NCBI GenBank assembly: GCA_051531975.1
Contig: JAOPTT010000017.1
Location: forward strand, 44,597-108,596
Direction: 5' to 3'
DNA: 64,000 nt
Origin: Spirochaetaceae bacterium
GTDB taxonomy: Bacteria > Spirochaetota > Spirochaetia > DSM-2461
This document shows positions 1 to 10,202 of this stretch, in pieces; positions within the stretch are counted from its first letter, which is position 1; each line of letters begins with the position of its first letter. The translations under genes and the position numbers were made by a program. The notes under the pieces were generated by a model that saw only the letters and a program-made list of their open reading frames with translations, did not search any database and had not been told where the DNA came from.

Positions 1-479
1 TAAATCGTTTGCTAAAATTGTTAAAAAAAGTACTCATTTTGGTGCAAAACCATGGACATCTTTAAAATATATAATACAAGCCTAAGAGTATGTCAAATAT
101 TTTTTTCTTTATGCTTTTTTTTTGATGTTTTTACTCTAATTATCCTGTTAATCCCTTGTAAGCCGGTCTGAATTTAGCTTTTAAAATTATTCCGGTATAA
201 TCCTTTTTTATCATGAAAAATCAAAAAAAAGACACCTGTCAGCAGAGAATTCTATATCAATGTACTTGTATCCTTATTCAGCACCAAAACTTATTAGAAT
301 TATTCTTTAATGAAGATGTAAATTACATTTTAGTTATTTTTAGTTCCTTCGTCTTAGGATATTATGGGTTCTGTAAGTGACGCTTTCAAATATTTATAGT
401 TAATCATAATAATGTGCCAATGCCGAAGATACCGTGATGTTCCATATTATCTTTAGTTTTCAACATACGATGAAATATT

Positions 480-780
480 TTATTGGATTTCAAATATTTT
501 CTGTTCTTTTGTTTCAAAAATACCTATTGCTTCATAAAACTCATGAGTATCCATTCTTTTTGAATTGCAACGTACTCGTGTCTTTAAATCCCTTTCTTTT
601 GCCCATCTAATTGCATAACAGACTAGTTCTTTTCCAATTCCATTTCTACGAAATTTAGATGAAACAACTAAGCCTGCAATCTCTATAAATGAAGGAGAAG
701 CGACTCTGTTTGCAATAAAGAAATGAATCCAACCTTTAATATACCCATTCTCTTCAAATATCCCCAGATATGGAATAATA
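480..780 (-). pseudogene. GNAT-family acetyltransferase remnant (5'-truncated, frameshifted)
   Basis: Manual translation gives IEIAGLVVSSKFRRNGIGKELV (acetyl-CoA motif A). After a frameshift near 590 it continues RVRCNSKRMDTHEFYEAIG...KEQKIFEIQ*. No start codon seen. Confidence 0.75.
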
Positions 781-800
781 TTGCTATTTATATACTAAGG

Positions 801-2453
801 TTATGCCCTCTTCCGTGGATTAAACAGTTCTGAAGATCCCACATCTTTATAATGTCTATCAGAATCTTCAAAGAATATGAACTCTGTATACTTGGATATG
901 ATGGAATCAATCTCTTTTGAATTTTTTTCTATAAAATCATTAAAATCAGAGATACCGTTTTTAACTTTTAATTTTGCAAGATCCACTAAAAAACAACTAA
1001 CATTATTAACAGGTAGTGTTGCAACTTCTTTGGCTAAATTGAAACTTGATCCGGTACCTCTACCTCCAAACATAACTTTGTATAGAGGAAGAAACCGATC
1101 ACCATCTTTTTTTAAGAAACCATAGAGACCAATGTTACCAAGGTGATGACTTCCACAGGCATTAGGGCAACCGGAAATATAAATTTCAGGCAGGGCCATC
1201 TTTACTGTTGTCGATTCATTTTGGAACTTATGTTTAATTCTGTCTGTTAAAGCCCCGGTATCTGTTATACCTATCCTACATGTATTGCTACCTGGGCATG
1301 AGACAATGTTATTCATCTTGTTTTTTCTTAGAAAATCATGGGATATATAATTAAGTCTCTCTACATCCTTACCACATAACTCCCTAATGAAAAATCCCTG
1401 ATCATGGGACAGTCTTATTGAAGGAGTATAATCCAGAGTATCAATAAAAATTAGTAATTTTGTAAGCTCTTTTGAAGTTATATTTCCTTTCTCAGGCTGA
1501 ATATTTACAGCATACCGACCCTTTACCCGGGTTTCGAAAATTATTTTATTATCAAATTCTATAGTTTCGCCTTCTGTTTCAATATATTCAGACCTGTATT
1601 TTTCTATATCTAAATCTGAAAGTCTGTTTATATCTAATCTTCTATTAAAACAGTCTATAAAAAGTTCTTTAAAAGAATCATCTCCAAGGTTTCTAGCTAT
1701 GAATCTTGTTCTTTTTTTTGCATTTTTATGTTCATTCTCTGTAATTAAAACCTCTTTCATGGCCTCAATACAGTGTAAAACAGTGTTTTCATTAACAAAA
1801 TCCAATAATTTAATACCTAATTTAACATAGGAACCCTGACCACCACCGCCATAAACTTCGAATCCGGCTTTACCATTTCTCGTTACTGCAATAAAACCAA
1901 TATCTGCCATTTTTGCTTTGGAGTGATCTTCTATATTATTAGAAATTGATATCTGAAACTTAGCTGGTAGAGTAAAGTTTGTTTCATCCCGTAAAAGGGA
2001 TTCAGTAATTGATAGAACGTAGGGTGAAATATCAAACGGTTCATCTATTTCGATTCCTGCCAGAGGTGGAGCTACAATATTTCGTGGAACTTTTCCTGCA
2101 GCAGCCTTTGTTGTAATACCTAATTCTAGAAGTTCTTCTAAAATGTTTGGTATATCATCAAGTTTAATTTTTTGAAATTGAATATTCTGCCTGGTAGTAA
2201 TATGGAAATTCAGAGTTGAGTAACTGTTATTAATTTCATTTATTCCCCGTAACTGATCTGCAGAAATTATTCCACCGGGAATCCTGGTTCGTAAAGTAAA
2301 CAGCTCCAGATTGGAATTTCGGTTAACATAGGCTCCATATAACTTCAATTTAGCTGAAAACTCTACTGAATCTATAATACTGCTTCTATAGTTTTTAATA
2401 ATTTCCCGCACCTGATCTGGTGCATAAGTTAACTCATCAAATAATTTAAACAT
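801..2453 (-). CDS. Ferredoxin-dependent nitrite/sulfite reductase family protein (siroheme, 4Fe-4S; NirA/Sir/CobG-like)
   Basis: RIPGG and ITTRQNIQ motifs, LPAKF, and intact Cys ligands CPGSNTC...ISGCPNAC. 550 aa. Confidence 0.85.
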   Translation of the reverse strand: MFKLFDELTYAPDQVREIIKNYRSSIIDSVEFSAKLKLYGAYVNRNSNLELFTLRTRIPGGIISADQLRGINEINNSYSTLNFHITTRQNIQFQKIKLDDIPNILEELLELGITTKAAAGKVPRNIVAPPLAGIEIDEPFDISPYVLSITESLLRDETNFTLPAKFQISISNNIEDHSKAKMADIGFIAVTRNGKAGFEVYGGGGQGSYVKLGIKLLDFVNENTVLHCIEAMKEVLITENEHKNAKKRTRFIARNLGDDSFKELFIDCFNRRLDINRLSDLDIEKYRSEYIETEGETIEFDNKIIFETRVKGRYAVNIQPEKGNITSKELTKLLIFIDTLDYTPSIRLSHDQGFFIRELCGKDVERLNYISHDFLRKNKMNNIVSCPGSNTCRIGITDTGALTDRIKHKFQNESTTVKMALPEIYISGCPNACGSHHLGNIGLYGFLKKDGDRFLPLYKVMFGGRGTGSSFNLAKEVATLPVNNVSCFLVDLAKLKVKNGISDFNDFIEKNSKEIDSIISKYTEFIFFEDSDRHYKDVGSSELFNPRKRA

Positions 2454-2503
2454 CTGTACTCCCTTATTCCTAGATGAATATAAAATAAATTGAGGAATGC
2501 AAA

Positions 2504-2519
2504 TGTAACAATTGATACA
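2504..2519. promoter_or_regulatory. Palindromic TGTA-N8-TACA candidate CRP/FNR-family operator upstream of the reductase
   Basis: TGTAACAATTGATACA is a 14/16 palindrome ~50 bp upstream of the start codon at 2453. Confidence 0.4.
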
Positions 2520-2671
2520 AATATCAGTATGTTTCTATAATATCATGGTTCTATGGATATTTTTAAACAACGGATGAACCATATTTTCATAATCAGAAAA
2601 CTTCATTTGTATTATTTACTGATGGTTACAGACATTAAAAACTAATCTATCATTCTCTAATGATCAAAAAA

Positions 2672-2797
2672 TTATTTAGCTATTTCTGCAACTTCTGCAC
2701 GATAAGCGTCTGTACTCTCTTTAATATAAAAATTAAATATTCTAATCACTTCCACTTGATGATTAACTGATAATTGTTCAAATAAATATTCACTCAT
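2672..2797 (-). pseudogene. N-terminal fragment of a GNAT (Pat/YncA-like) acetyltransferase
   Basis: AGGAG RBS and ATG, then MSEYLFEQL...VIRIFNFYIKESTDAY and a stop after 41 aa. Resembles the IFNYYI..S.A.Y N-terminus of that family. Confidence 0.5.
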
Positions 2798-3077
2798 AAT
2801 AAGCTCCTACACATCTCAGAAAGTAGTATTACAAAGAGTGATCATCGTCAATTCTATAACTTAATTCTAGTAATTAACTTTTTTAGATCACTGATTCAAT
2901 TAAGTAGCTAGTTTTGAATAAAGTTCTAAATCTATATATTTATCATTTTTTTTTACAGTACAGTTTACTATTCCTGTATTTTACAAACATCTACTCCGGT
3001 ATTAAACAAAACCCTATCCTTATACTTTCGTATTAGTCTAATCCATGATCCTATTGAATAAATTTATTACATATAAG

Positions 3078-3350
3078 TTACTGTGGTATTCTCCAATCGC
3101 CTCCTACATATAATAATTGGCTTGTAAGCCATCTTGATTGCTCTGAAGCTAAGAATACCATTACATCCTCTGGCGTTTCATTTACATCATTTGACCCACA
3201 ATCTGCTTGAACTTGTCCTGGATGTATAGAGACCACACCTATGGTATTATTTCTAAGTTTATTATTTCATCTTTCGATCTATTTTCTGTCTGATGCATCA
3301 CCTGCTATACCTTCATAGACTTCATGATATATATTACTTCCCAAAGTTTC
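3078..3350 (-). pseudogene. SDR oxidoreductase remnant
   Basis: Translates as IGVVSIHPGQVQ...TPEDVMVFLASEQSRWLTSQLLYVGG, a typical SDR C-terminus. The upstream part is interrupted by stops. Confidence 0.65.
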
Positions 3351-3505
3351 TATAATTTAGTATATGAAAAAATATGGCACTAATTCTTAATGCCTGTAAT
3401 AAATCTATGTAATATTACATGTAAGATATTAAATATTTATGAAATTTACATAATAATTCGTTTTTTTCTTGCCAACAACAAATAATCGTTATATTAATAG
3501 TAACA

Positions 3506-4393
3506 ATGAAAAGAAAATTTATTTTTAGTATTATATTTTGCTTAACATCCTTGATTATATACTCTGATGATCTGCCTGACTTTAGCGATCTTCCAGAAAT
3601 TCCAATGGAAGATATTGTAGAAACTTCAGATGATTCAATGAATATCATTGAAAAAATCAGTTACATTCAGAATGATGGATTTCTTCTGATTGATAAACAG
3701 TTAAAAGGATTAAAAAATGGCTTCAAATTCGGCAGTCTGTTGATTATTATCCTTTTTTCCTTTGCATATGGTGTTCTTCACACATTGGGCCCCGGTCATG
3801 GAAAGATGATAATATTTTCATATTTTCTCTCAGAAGAGACCACAAAATGGGATACTCTTGCACTATCTATATTAATTCCAATTATTCACTCCACAGGAGC
3901 GGTTCTACTGGCAGTTCTATTAAAAACTGTACTTTCTTTTATTACGGGTTTTGATGTTCTTGCAATTCAATACTCGTTCACCATGTTATCCGGTCTGCTT
4001 ATTGTCGGAATATCCCTATACCTGATTTTTAAGAGTCATAAACATCATAAGGTTTCTGTTTCAAACAATAAAAATGTGATTCTACGAAATATTCCGGTTG
4101 CTGTATCTGTTGGAATAGTTCCTTGTCCCCTATCCTTGACAATAATGTCAACTTCTATAATATATGGGATATTCTGGATAGGATTCTCAGCTGTGATGTC
4201 ATTAACAATAGCAATGACAATTGTTCTCTATTTTATAGCATTAATAGCCTCAAAATCACAGAAAAAATTGAATCAAAACAAAGAGAGAAAATTATCAAAA
4301 ATATTTCATAGCATAGGAGAAACCCTTTTACTGCTAATCGGTTTAATGTTTATATACAACGGAGGAAGAGCTTTATGGCCAATATTATTTTAA
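3506..4393 (+). CDS. Nickel/cobalt transporter (RcnA/NicO family)
   Basis: YGVLHTLGPGHGK signature, GIVPCP motif, several TM helices. Confidence 0.85.
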   Translation: MKRKFIFSIIFCLTSLIIYSDDLPDFSDLPEIPMEDIVETSDDSMNIIEKISYIQNDGFLLIDKQLKGLKNGFKFGSLLIIILFSFAYGVLHTLGPGHGKMIIFSYFLSEETTKWDTLALSILIPIIHSTGAVLLAVLLKTVLSFITGFDVLAIQYSFTMLSGLLIVGISLYLIFKSHKHHKVSVSNNKNVILRNIPVAVSVGIVPCPLSLTIMSTSIIYGIFWIGFSAVMSLTIAMTIVLYFIALIASKSQKKLNQNKERKLSKIFHSIGETLLLLIGLMFIYNGGRALWPILF

Positions 4394-4941
4394 AAAAACA
4401 TTTTTTACTAATTGCACTTTTTGTAATTAGTACCATTTCTCTGTATGCCCATCCACATATGAAAATACAGGCATACTCATATAATTATTTTAATGATAGT
4501 GGACTGCAAGGAGTATACATGCAGTGGGAATATGATCCTATGATCAGTTCACAACTTATATACAATTACGATATCAATGGGGACATGACTTTTTCAGAGA
4601 GTGAAATTGAAGAGTTTAAAACTAAATATTTTGAAAATATTGTTGATTCAGGTTATTATACATATTTTGAAATAGATGGTAAAACTTTAATTAATCCGGA
4701 ACCTGTCAGTTTTAAAGCTGTTATAGATAAAGAGGACGAAGTTATAATCTTATCGTTTTTTGTCCCTCTGAATCTCTCTAAAAAAGGTTATGTGGATATC
4801 AGGTATGGTTTTAATGATAATACCCAATACACTGCATTCTTCATCCCCCATAGTAAAGTCCGGACTAAAGGTGACGGTTTTAAACTAATAAAAGAGTATG
4901 TAAACCAGTTTGGAGAGATAACATATAGTTATAAGATGTAA
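4375..4941 (+). CDS. DUF1007-family periplasmic metal-binding protein
   Basis: Signal peptide followed by AHPH, W-x-x-D and EF-hand-like YDINGD. This family usually pairs with NicO transporters. Confidence 0.75.
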   Translation: MANIILKKHFLLIALFVISTISLYAHPHMKIQAYSYNYFNDSGLQGVYMQWEYDPMISSQLIYNYDINGDMTFSESEIEEFKTKYFENIVDSGYYTYFEIDGKTLINPEPVSFKAVIDKEDEVIILSFFVPLNLSKKGYVDIRYGFNDNTQYTAFFIPHSKVRTKGDGFKLIKEYVNQFGEITYSYKM

Positions 4942-4988
4942 ACTTACTATCTTATTTCTTGATAAAGCATATTATGGTTCAAAATCAA

Positions 4989-5311
4989 TTATCCAATATT
5001 TCGAGTAGAATATATTTAGCACTTGTTGATATATAAGGAGTATTAGAACCTTCTAATTCTTTTAGCTTAATAATCGCTTTTTCTTTATCTATTTCAAGAG
5101 TATGCGTTGCAGCCCATAACTGAACCTATTTACTTGAATTTTCCATAAGTTCAATTATTTTTTGTTCTTCACCAATTGAAACGATACCTTTAAGAGCTGA
5201 GTGTAATTTCTTATAGGCTTTGTTTCCGGTTTTATAGTCATCATTTTCAGAACACTTCCCATGCTTTAAAGCTTCATCTTTATAGTTTAATAATAATTGT
5301 TCTATTTTCAT
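4989..5311 (-). pseudogene. DUF2019-like (putative polymorphic-toxin immunity) protein with an in-frame TAG
   Basis: ORF 5126-5311 (HG...DYKTGNKAY) continues in frame past the TAG as VQLWAATHTLEIDKEKAIIKLKEL...*. Confidence 0.6.
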
Positions 5312-5853
5312 TTTAATATCTCCAAATTAAATTTAAAATGTCCAACAAAACTCCGTTAACTTCTCAACTCCATAATTATATTGATAATACTAAATAATCT
5401 TCACTAGAGACTGTAGTATTAAATGTTCTTACACTAATAAAGAACGAAAAATGAAAAAAAATCAGACTTTAGTAAAAATATTTATTATTTATAGGTATAA
5501 TTATTAAGAACATTTTCCATATTAACCCAAAAGTAAAAGATTCTAAATATCGGAAGTAATTATATTACCAACTAAAACTTTTCCTATATTTGATAAATGG
5601 ATATTTTTGTTATCATCATTTATGCTCTCTGAAAGTTGTTGGACCATTTCTCTTACTAAGTTCTCTATTGATTTGAAATCTATAGAGTCTAAACTTAAAT
5701 CCGGTACATCATTTCTTCATACTCAATTAACTTATATCTTAACAATGCATTTCTATTAAATTAAAAATTTTGAACTAATTCTAAATATTTTTCTGATGGT
5801 AAGTCTTCTCTTAATGTTTCAGGTGCAATAATTTCCTTATGTTTCCCTAACAG

Positions 5854-6269
5854 TCACTGAGACTCTTCTGTCCCTCGATTATACAAGAATAATATTATTA
5901 ATACCTGCTCATCTGATAATACAGGCAATAAGTTTTCAAGAAGATTGGGTTTTAAGTTTCTATTTATAGCATTATTAACTAATTCAATTAGTCTTTTATT
6001 CTTTAGTGTTGACCTGTTATTAACAACTACATGAATTGCATCTTCTATGATATTTTTAACGTAATCTTCACTAATTATAAACTCCAAATCTTCAATTTTT
6101 AAATATAATTCTCTTAAAAAGATACAAACTCTATCAAGCCTTTGATTAGGTATAAATACACTAATTACTTCACCAATCAATGTTCCAGAAAAGGAATTGC
6201 TCCTAATACAGATCGAGAAACTTTATGTAAATAATCACATTTATCATTCTTTAACTCATCGATATTCAT
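5854..6269 (-). pseudogene. Frameshifted hypothetical protein
   Basis: ATG at 6269 (MNIDELK...LGAIPF) is out of frame with GTLIGEVISVFIPNQRLDR. The frameshift lies in a T run near 6190. Confidence 0.55.
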
Positions 6270-6303
6270 ATTTTATTTTTCCTTTAGTTTGCTATATAAA
6301 AAC

Positions 6304-6540
6304 TTAGTTTTCTCTAGATAATATTTCTATCCTATCGACAATAGGATCTAATTCAGATTTTATAACTTCAAGATGCGTAATAGTTGAAATTAAAGTCCTA
6401 TATTCGTTTTCATAACTCCAGTGTTGAGATTTTGTAAATATAAATGGTTCAAATTCAAGAGCACTATCAGGAAAAAAACTTATTACTTTTGGAATTTCAT
6501 TCGAATAAATTACTTTTAAAGAGGTATTAGCCTTATTTTT
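6304..6540 (-). pseudogene. DUF2971-like domain fragment
   Basis: Translates as KVIYSNEIP...FTKSQHWSYENEYR, matching the K..W.YE.E.R motif. No start codon. Confidence 0.6.
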
Positions 6541-6927
6541 AATAAGTCATTACGGTTTCTTTCTTTTTTTTGGTATTTGTTTTGTATCAACTTTTATATA
6601 GTGAAAGATTTCCACAATCCCACTGAGTACTAAGCATTTATAACTCTTATTAAGAATACAAAGGTGACAGTCGCAGTTATATATAATACGACAAACCGGG
6701 AAAGTGAAAGTCGCATATCAAAATTCATATAAAACGGTTATGTGGTAAGTGCAGTAACCCCGAACTCTAATAATGAAATCTTACTGCATTAAAACTGTCC
6801 CTAACCTGTCGTGTGGGGATTGTTGATTACAGTACAGTTTAATAGTGCTATATTTCCTAATATGAATTGGAATGATGAAAACTTTAAAATAGAATAGTGA
6901 AAAAATCTGTCTATAATACTAAAATAT

Positions 6928-7680
6928 ATGATAAAGTATTGTATGAAAAACTTGGAAGATATCTTTAATATAGCATATAAAGATGTGGTTAGTATTACAG
7001 GTGCAGGTGGGAAAACCACTCTATTATACTACCTTGCAAGCTATTTTAAGGGATCATTGATAACAACGACAACCAAGCTATTTATCCCTAAGAACAGGGA
7101 GTTCTTTACTAAAGATATACCAGATAATATAGAGAGCTCTCTATTAGTTGTTAATAGACAGGTCGGAAACAAATTACACGGTCTAACATGTCATGAATTA
7201 AAAGAGATCTTCCCAAGATTTAATTATACTTTTATTGAAGCTGATGGTGCAGGAATGAAAAGTTTAAAGGGTTGGAAAGAGAATGAACCTGTTATCTGTA
7301 ATTTTTCTAATAAAACAGTAGGTGTATTGGATATAACCACTTTGGGGAAGCTGTCTGATCCTACTATATTTCGTTTAGACGAGTATAAAAAGATTACGAA
7401 CTACTCAACAAATATAACCCTTGAAAATTTAATAGACGTTGTACTTAATAAAAATGGTCTATTTAAAAATAGCATATATAAGATACTATATATAAATAAA
7501 GTTGAGAGTTTGAGTCTGGAAAAACAGGCTTCCAGTTTTATTTCTAAACTTATGGATGATCCTAGATTCCATTTAGATCGTATTGTCTGTGGATCGACAG
7601 TAGATGAAACTTTCAATCTTGTATTTGATAAAAGGGATAGGGTTATGGAGACAAAAAATAATGAAAATAGTTATTGTTAG
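6928..7680 (+). CDS. yqeC: Selenium-dependent hydroxylase accessory protein YqeC
   Basis: SITGAGGKTT, ITTTTK and IEADGA...LKG...EP motifs; adjacent to yqeB. Confidence 0.9.
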   Translation: MIKYCMKNLEDIFNIAYKDVVSITGAGGKTTLLYYLASYFKGSLITTTTKLFIPKNREFFTKDIPDNIESSLLVVNRQVGNKLHGLTCHELKEIFPRFNYTFIEADGAGMKSLKGWKENEPVICNFSNKTVGVLDITTLGKLSDPTIFRLDEYKKITNYSTNITLENLIDVVLNKNGLFKNSIYKILYINKVESLSLEKQASSFISKLMDDPRFHLDRIVCGSTVDETFNLVFDKRDRVMETKNNENSYC

Positions 7681-8443
7681 AGGAGCTGGAGATCTTGCTA
7701 CTGGGATTATTCAGAAGCTTCATAATTCAGGATTTAAGGTTATAGCTTGTGAAATAGAGAAACCAACAGCCATTAGAAGAATGGTATCGCTCTCGGAGGC
7801 TGTATACTATGGGGAACAGAGGGTAGAGGATATAACAGCAAAATTATGTACATTTGAAGAGGCTATTAACGACGAAGGAGTCTCTGTGATTATAGACCCA
7901 AAAATGAGCATACTGGAAAGGATAAAGCCCCTAGCAGTAGTAGATGCTATATTAGCAAAATGTAACCTTGGAACCACTATAAACAGTGCAAAGGTTGTTA
8001 TCGGCGTAGGTCCTGGTTTTAGTATTGGAGTCGATTGCCATGCTGTAATAGAGACTAAGCGAGGGCATAATTTAGGAAAAATATACTATAGAGGATCAGC
8101 GATCGAGAATACAGGAATACCCGGTGAGATTGAGGGAGAATCAACCCGAAGGGTTCTCCATGCACCTACCCAAGGAGAGATAGAGAACAGAGTAAACATA
8201 GGGGATATTGTTCAGGAGAACGATTTAATGTTCACTATAAACAATACTCCAATCTATGCACCGTTTAGTGGTGTGGTTAGGGGTATAATAAAGGATGGCT
8301 TCTCTGTTTTTAAAGGAATGAAGGTTGCAGATATAGATCCTAGAATGGATCAAGTGGATAAGTGTAATACAATTTCAGATAAAGCTCGAAACGTAGCTGG
8401 TGGAGTTTTAGAAGCAGTAGTTAGATTAGGTGAGGTTATTTGA
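7661..8443 (+). CDS. yqeB: Selenium-dependent molybdenum hydroxylase system protein YqeB
   Basis: VRGAGDLATG, VDAILAK, ETKRGH.LG, DIDPR and ISDKAR..AGGVLEA motifs. Start reassigned to the ATG at 7661. Confidence 0.92.
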   Translation: MKIVIVRGAGDLATGIIQKLHNSGFKVIACEIEKPTAIRRMVSLSEAVYYGEQRVEDITAKLCTFEEAINDEGVSVIIDPKMSILERIKPLAVVDAILAKCNLGTTINSAKVVIGVGPGFSIGVDCHAVIETKRGHNLGKIYYRGSAIENTGIPGEIEGESTRRVLHAPTQGEIENRVNIGDIVQENDLMFTINNTPIYAPFSGVVRGIIKDGFSVFKGMKVADIDPRMDQVDKCNTISDKARNVAGGVLEAVVRLGEVI

Positions 8444-9226
8444 ATGAATAGTATTGTAATTAACCAACTAAATCAGGATATAAAGAACGATATAAAAGTA
8501 GCTATTGCTACGGTTACATCATCAACAGGTTCGGCACCAGGTAGAACTGGAAATATGATGTTGATATATCCAGATGGAAACATAGTTGGAACATGTGGTG
8601 GTGGCAAAGTTGAACACACAATTATAGAAAAAGCTATAGAATGTCTAGAAAAAGGGATCATGGATAATTTTGATATTGTTCTTAAGGATCTTGGTATGAG
8701 TTGTGGTGGACATATGAAAGGTTTTATTGATGTTCAGAACAATGAGAAACAATTAATGATCATCGGTGGTGGTCATATAGGAAACAAGATATACAACCTC
8801 GGTAAAGAGCTAGAGTTTTCTATGACAATTATTGATGATAGAGTGGAGTTTGCAAACAATGAAAAGTTCCCAAATGCGCAAACACTCTCTGGCGATATAT
8901 CGGAGATTATAGAAAATGAAAATCTTAGTAATAAGTATGTTGTAATTGTCTCAAAGGGACATATAACAGATTATCAGGCACTAAAAGTAGCCATAAAGAA
9001 GGATTATAAATACCTAGGGCTCATTGGATCAAAGAAGAAGGTAAAACAACTGCTTTCTGAGCTACATTCCGATGGCATAGATTATAGCCAATACCCCAAT
9101 TTTTATGCACCTGTTGGACTATCCATTGCTAAAAAAGATCCCGCAGAGATCGCCCTTGGAATAATGGCAGAGATACTGCTTATTAAAAATGGAGGGACAT
9201 TAACACATATGAGGCTAGATAGATGA
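8444..9226 (+). CDS. xdhC: XdhC/CoxI-family xanthine dehydrogenase accessory factor
   Basis: GSAPG, GTCGGG..E, GMSCGG, IGGGHIG, YLGLIGS and APVGL motifs. Confidence 0.88.
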   Translation: MNSIVINQLNQDIKNDIKVAIATVTSSTGSAPGRTGNMMLIYPDGNIVGTCGGGKVEHTIIEKAIECLEKGIMDNFDIVLKDLGMSCGGHMKGFIDVQNNEKQLMIIGGGHIGNKIYNLGKELEFSMTIIDDRVEFANNEKFPNAQTLSGDISEIIENENLSNKYVVIVSKGHITDYQALKVAIKKDYKYLGLIGSKKKVKQLLSELHSDGIDYSQYPNFYAPVGLSIAKKDPAEIALGIMAEILLIKNGGTLTHMRLDR

Positions 9227-10194
9227 AATTAAAAACAATAAAAACAGAAGAAGCAGTGGGACATACTCTATGTCACGATATAACCAAAATTGTTCCTGGG
9301 GAGTTTAAAGGAAGAATTTTTAAAAAAGGACATGTAGTTAGAGAAGAGGATATTGAAGTTCTTCTAAGTGTTGGGAAGGATATTCTCTATGTTTGGGAGA
9401 ATGTAGAGGGGTATGTTCATGAAAATGATGCTGCAAAAAGATTAAAAGATACGATAATAGGTAAAAACCTTGAATTCTCAGAGATAAAAGAGGGAAAGAT
9501 CAGTCTAATTGCTACTGAAACAGGAACATTGAAGATTAATGTTGAGGCTCTGTTTCATATAAACATGATCGATGAGATTATTGTTGCAACAAAGCCAAAC
9601 TTCAAGTTTGTAAAAAAAGGAGATATTATAGCATCAACAAGAGTAATACCCCTGCTTATCCACGAGGAAAAGCTAAAAGAGGCAGAGAAGTTTACAGGGG
9701 AACTAATAACGATTAAACCATTAACAAGAAAAACCGTTGCTATGGTGACAACAGGAAATGAGATCTACTACGGAAGAATTAAAGATAAGTTTAGAGATGT
9801 AATGGAACACAAACTGGACTTTTTTGATTGCGAGATTGTAGGTCAAACCATTGTTCCCGATGACCTACCCCATATGACCTCTGCAATTAATAGATACCTA
9901 GAAGAAAATGTAGACCTTATAATCTGTACTGGTGGTATGAGTGTTGATCCATCTGATATAACACCAACAGCGATTAAAGAGACTGGTAGCGAAATAGTAA
10001 CCTATGGTATGCCTGTACTATCTGGTTCAATGACATTAATTGCATATAATGGTGATACTCCTATTATTGGTCTACCAGCAGGGGTTCTTTTTAGTGAAAA
10101 GAATACTGTTGATGTTATTTTACATAGACTACTTTGTAATGACAAAATCAGTAGAGAAGAGGTCGCTGCATATGGTGTTGGTGGGTTACTATAG
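9223..10194 (+). CDS. Molybdopterin-binding protein (MoeA/MoaB-Mog domain)
   Basis: LCHDIT..VPG.FKG..FKKGH, VTTGNE, TGGMSVDP.D.TP and terminal GVGGL motifs. Confidence 0.85.
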   Translation: MKLKTIKTEEAVGHTLCHDITKIVPGEFKGRIFKKGHVVREEDIEVLLSVGKDILYVWENVEGYVHENDAAKRLKDTIIGKNLEFSEIKEGKISLIATETGTLKINVEALFHINMIDEIIVATKPNFKFVKKGDIIASTRVIPLLIHEEKLKEAEKFTGELITIKPLTRKTVAMVTTGNEIYYGRIKDKFRDVMEHKLDFFDCEIVGQTIVPDDLPHMTSAINRYLEENVDLIICTGGMSVDPSDITPTAIKETGSEIVTYGMPVLSGSMTLIAYNGDTPIIGLPAGVLFSEKNTVDVILHRLLCNDKISREEVAAYGVGGLL

Positions 10195-10202
10195 TAGACG
10201 CT

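Noticed and set aside
5126..5128. TAG read-through (pyrrolysine or recoding) in the DUF2019-like gene
   Set aside because: TAG is used as a normal stop by core genes in this window, and the gene sits among pseudogenes.
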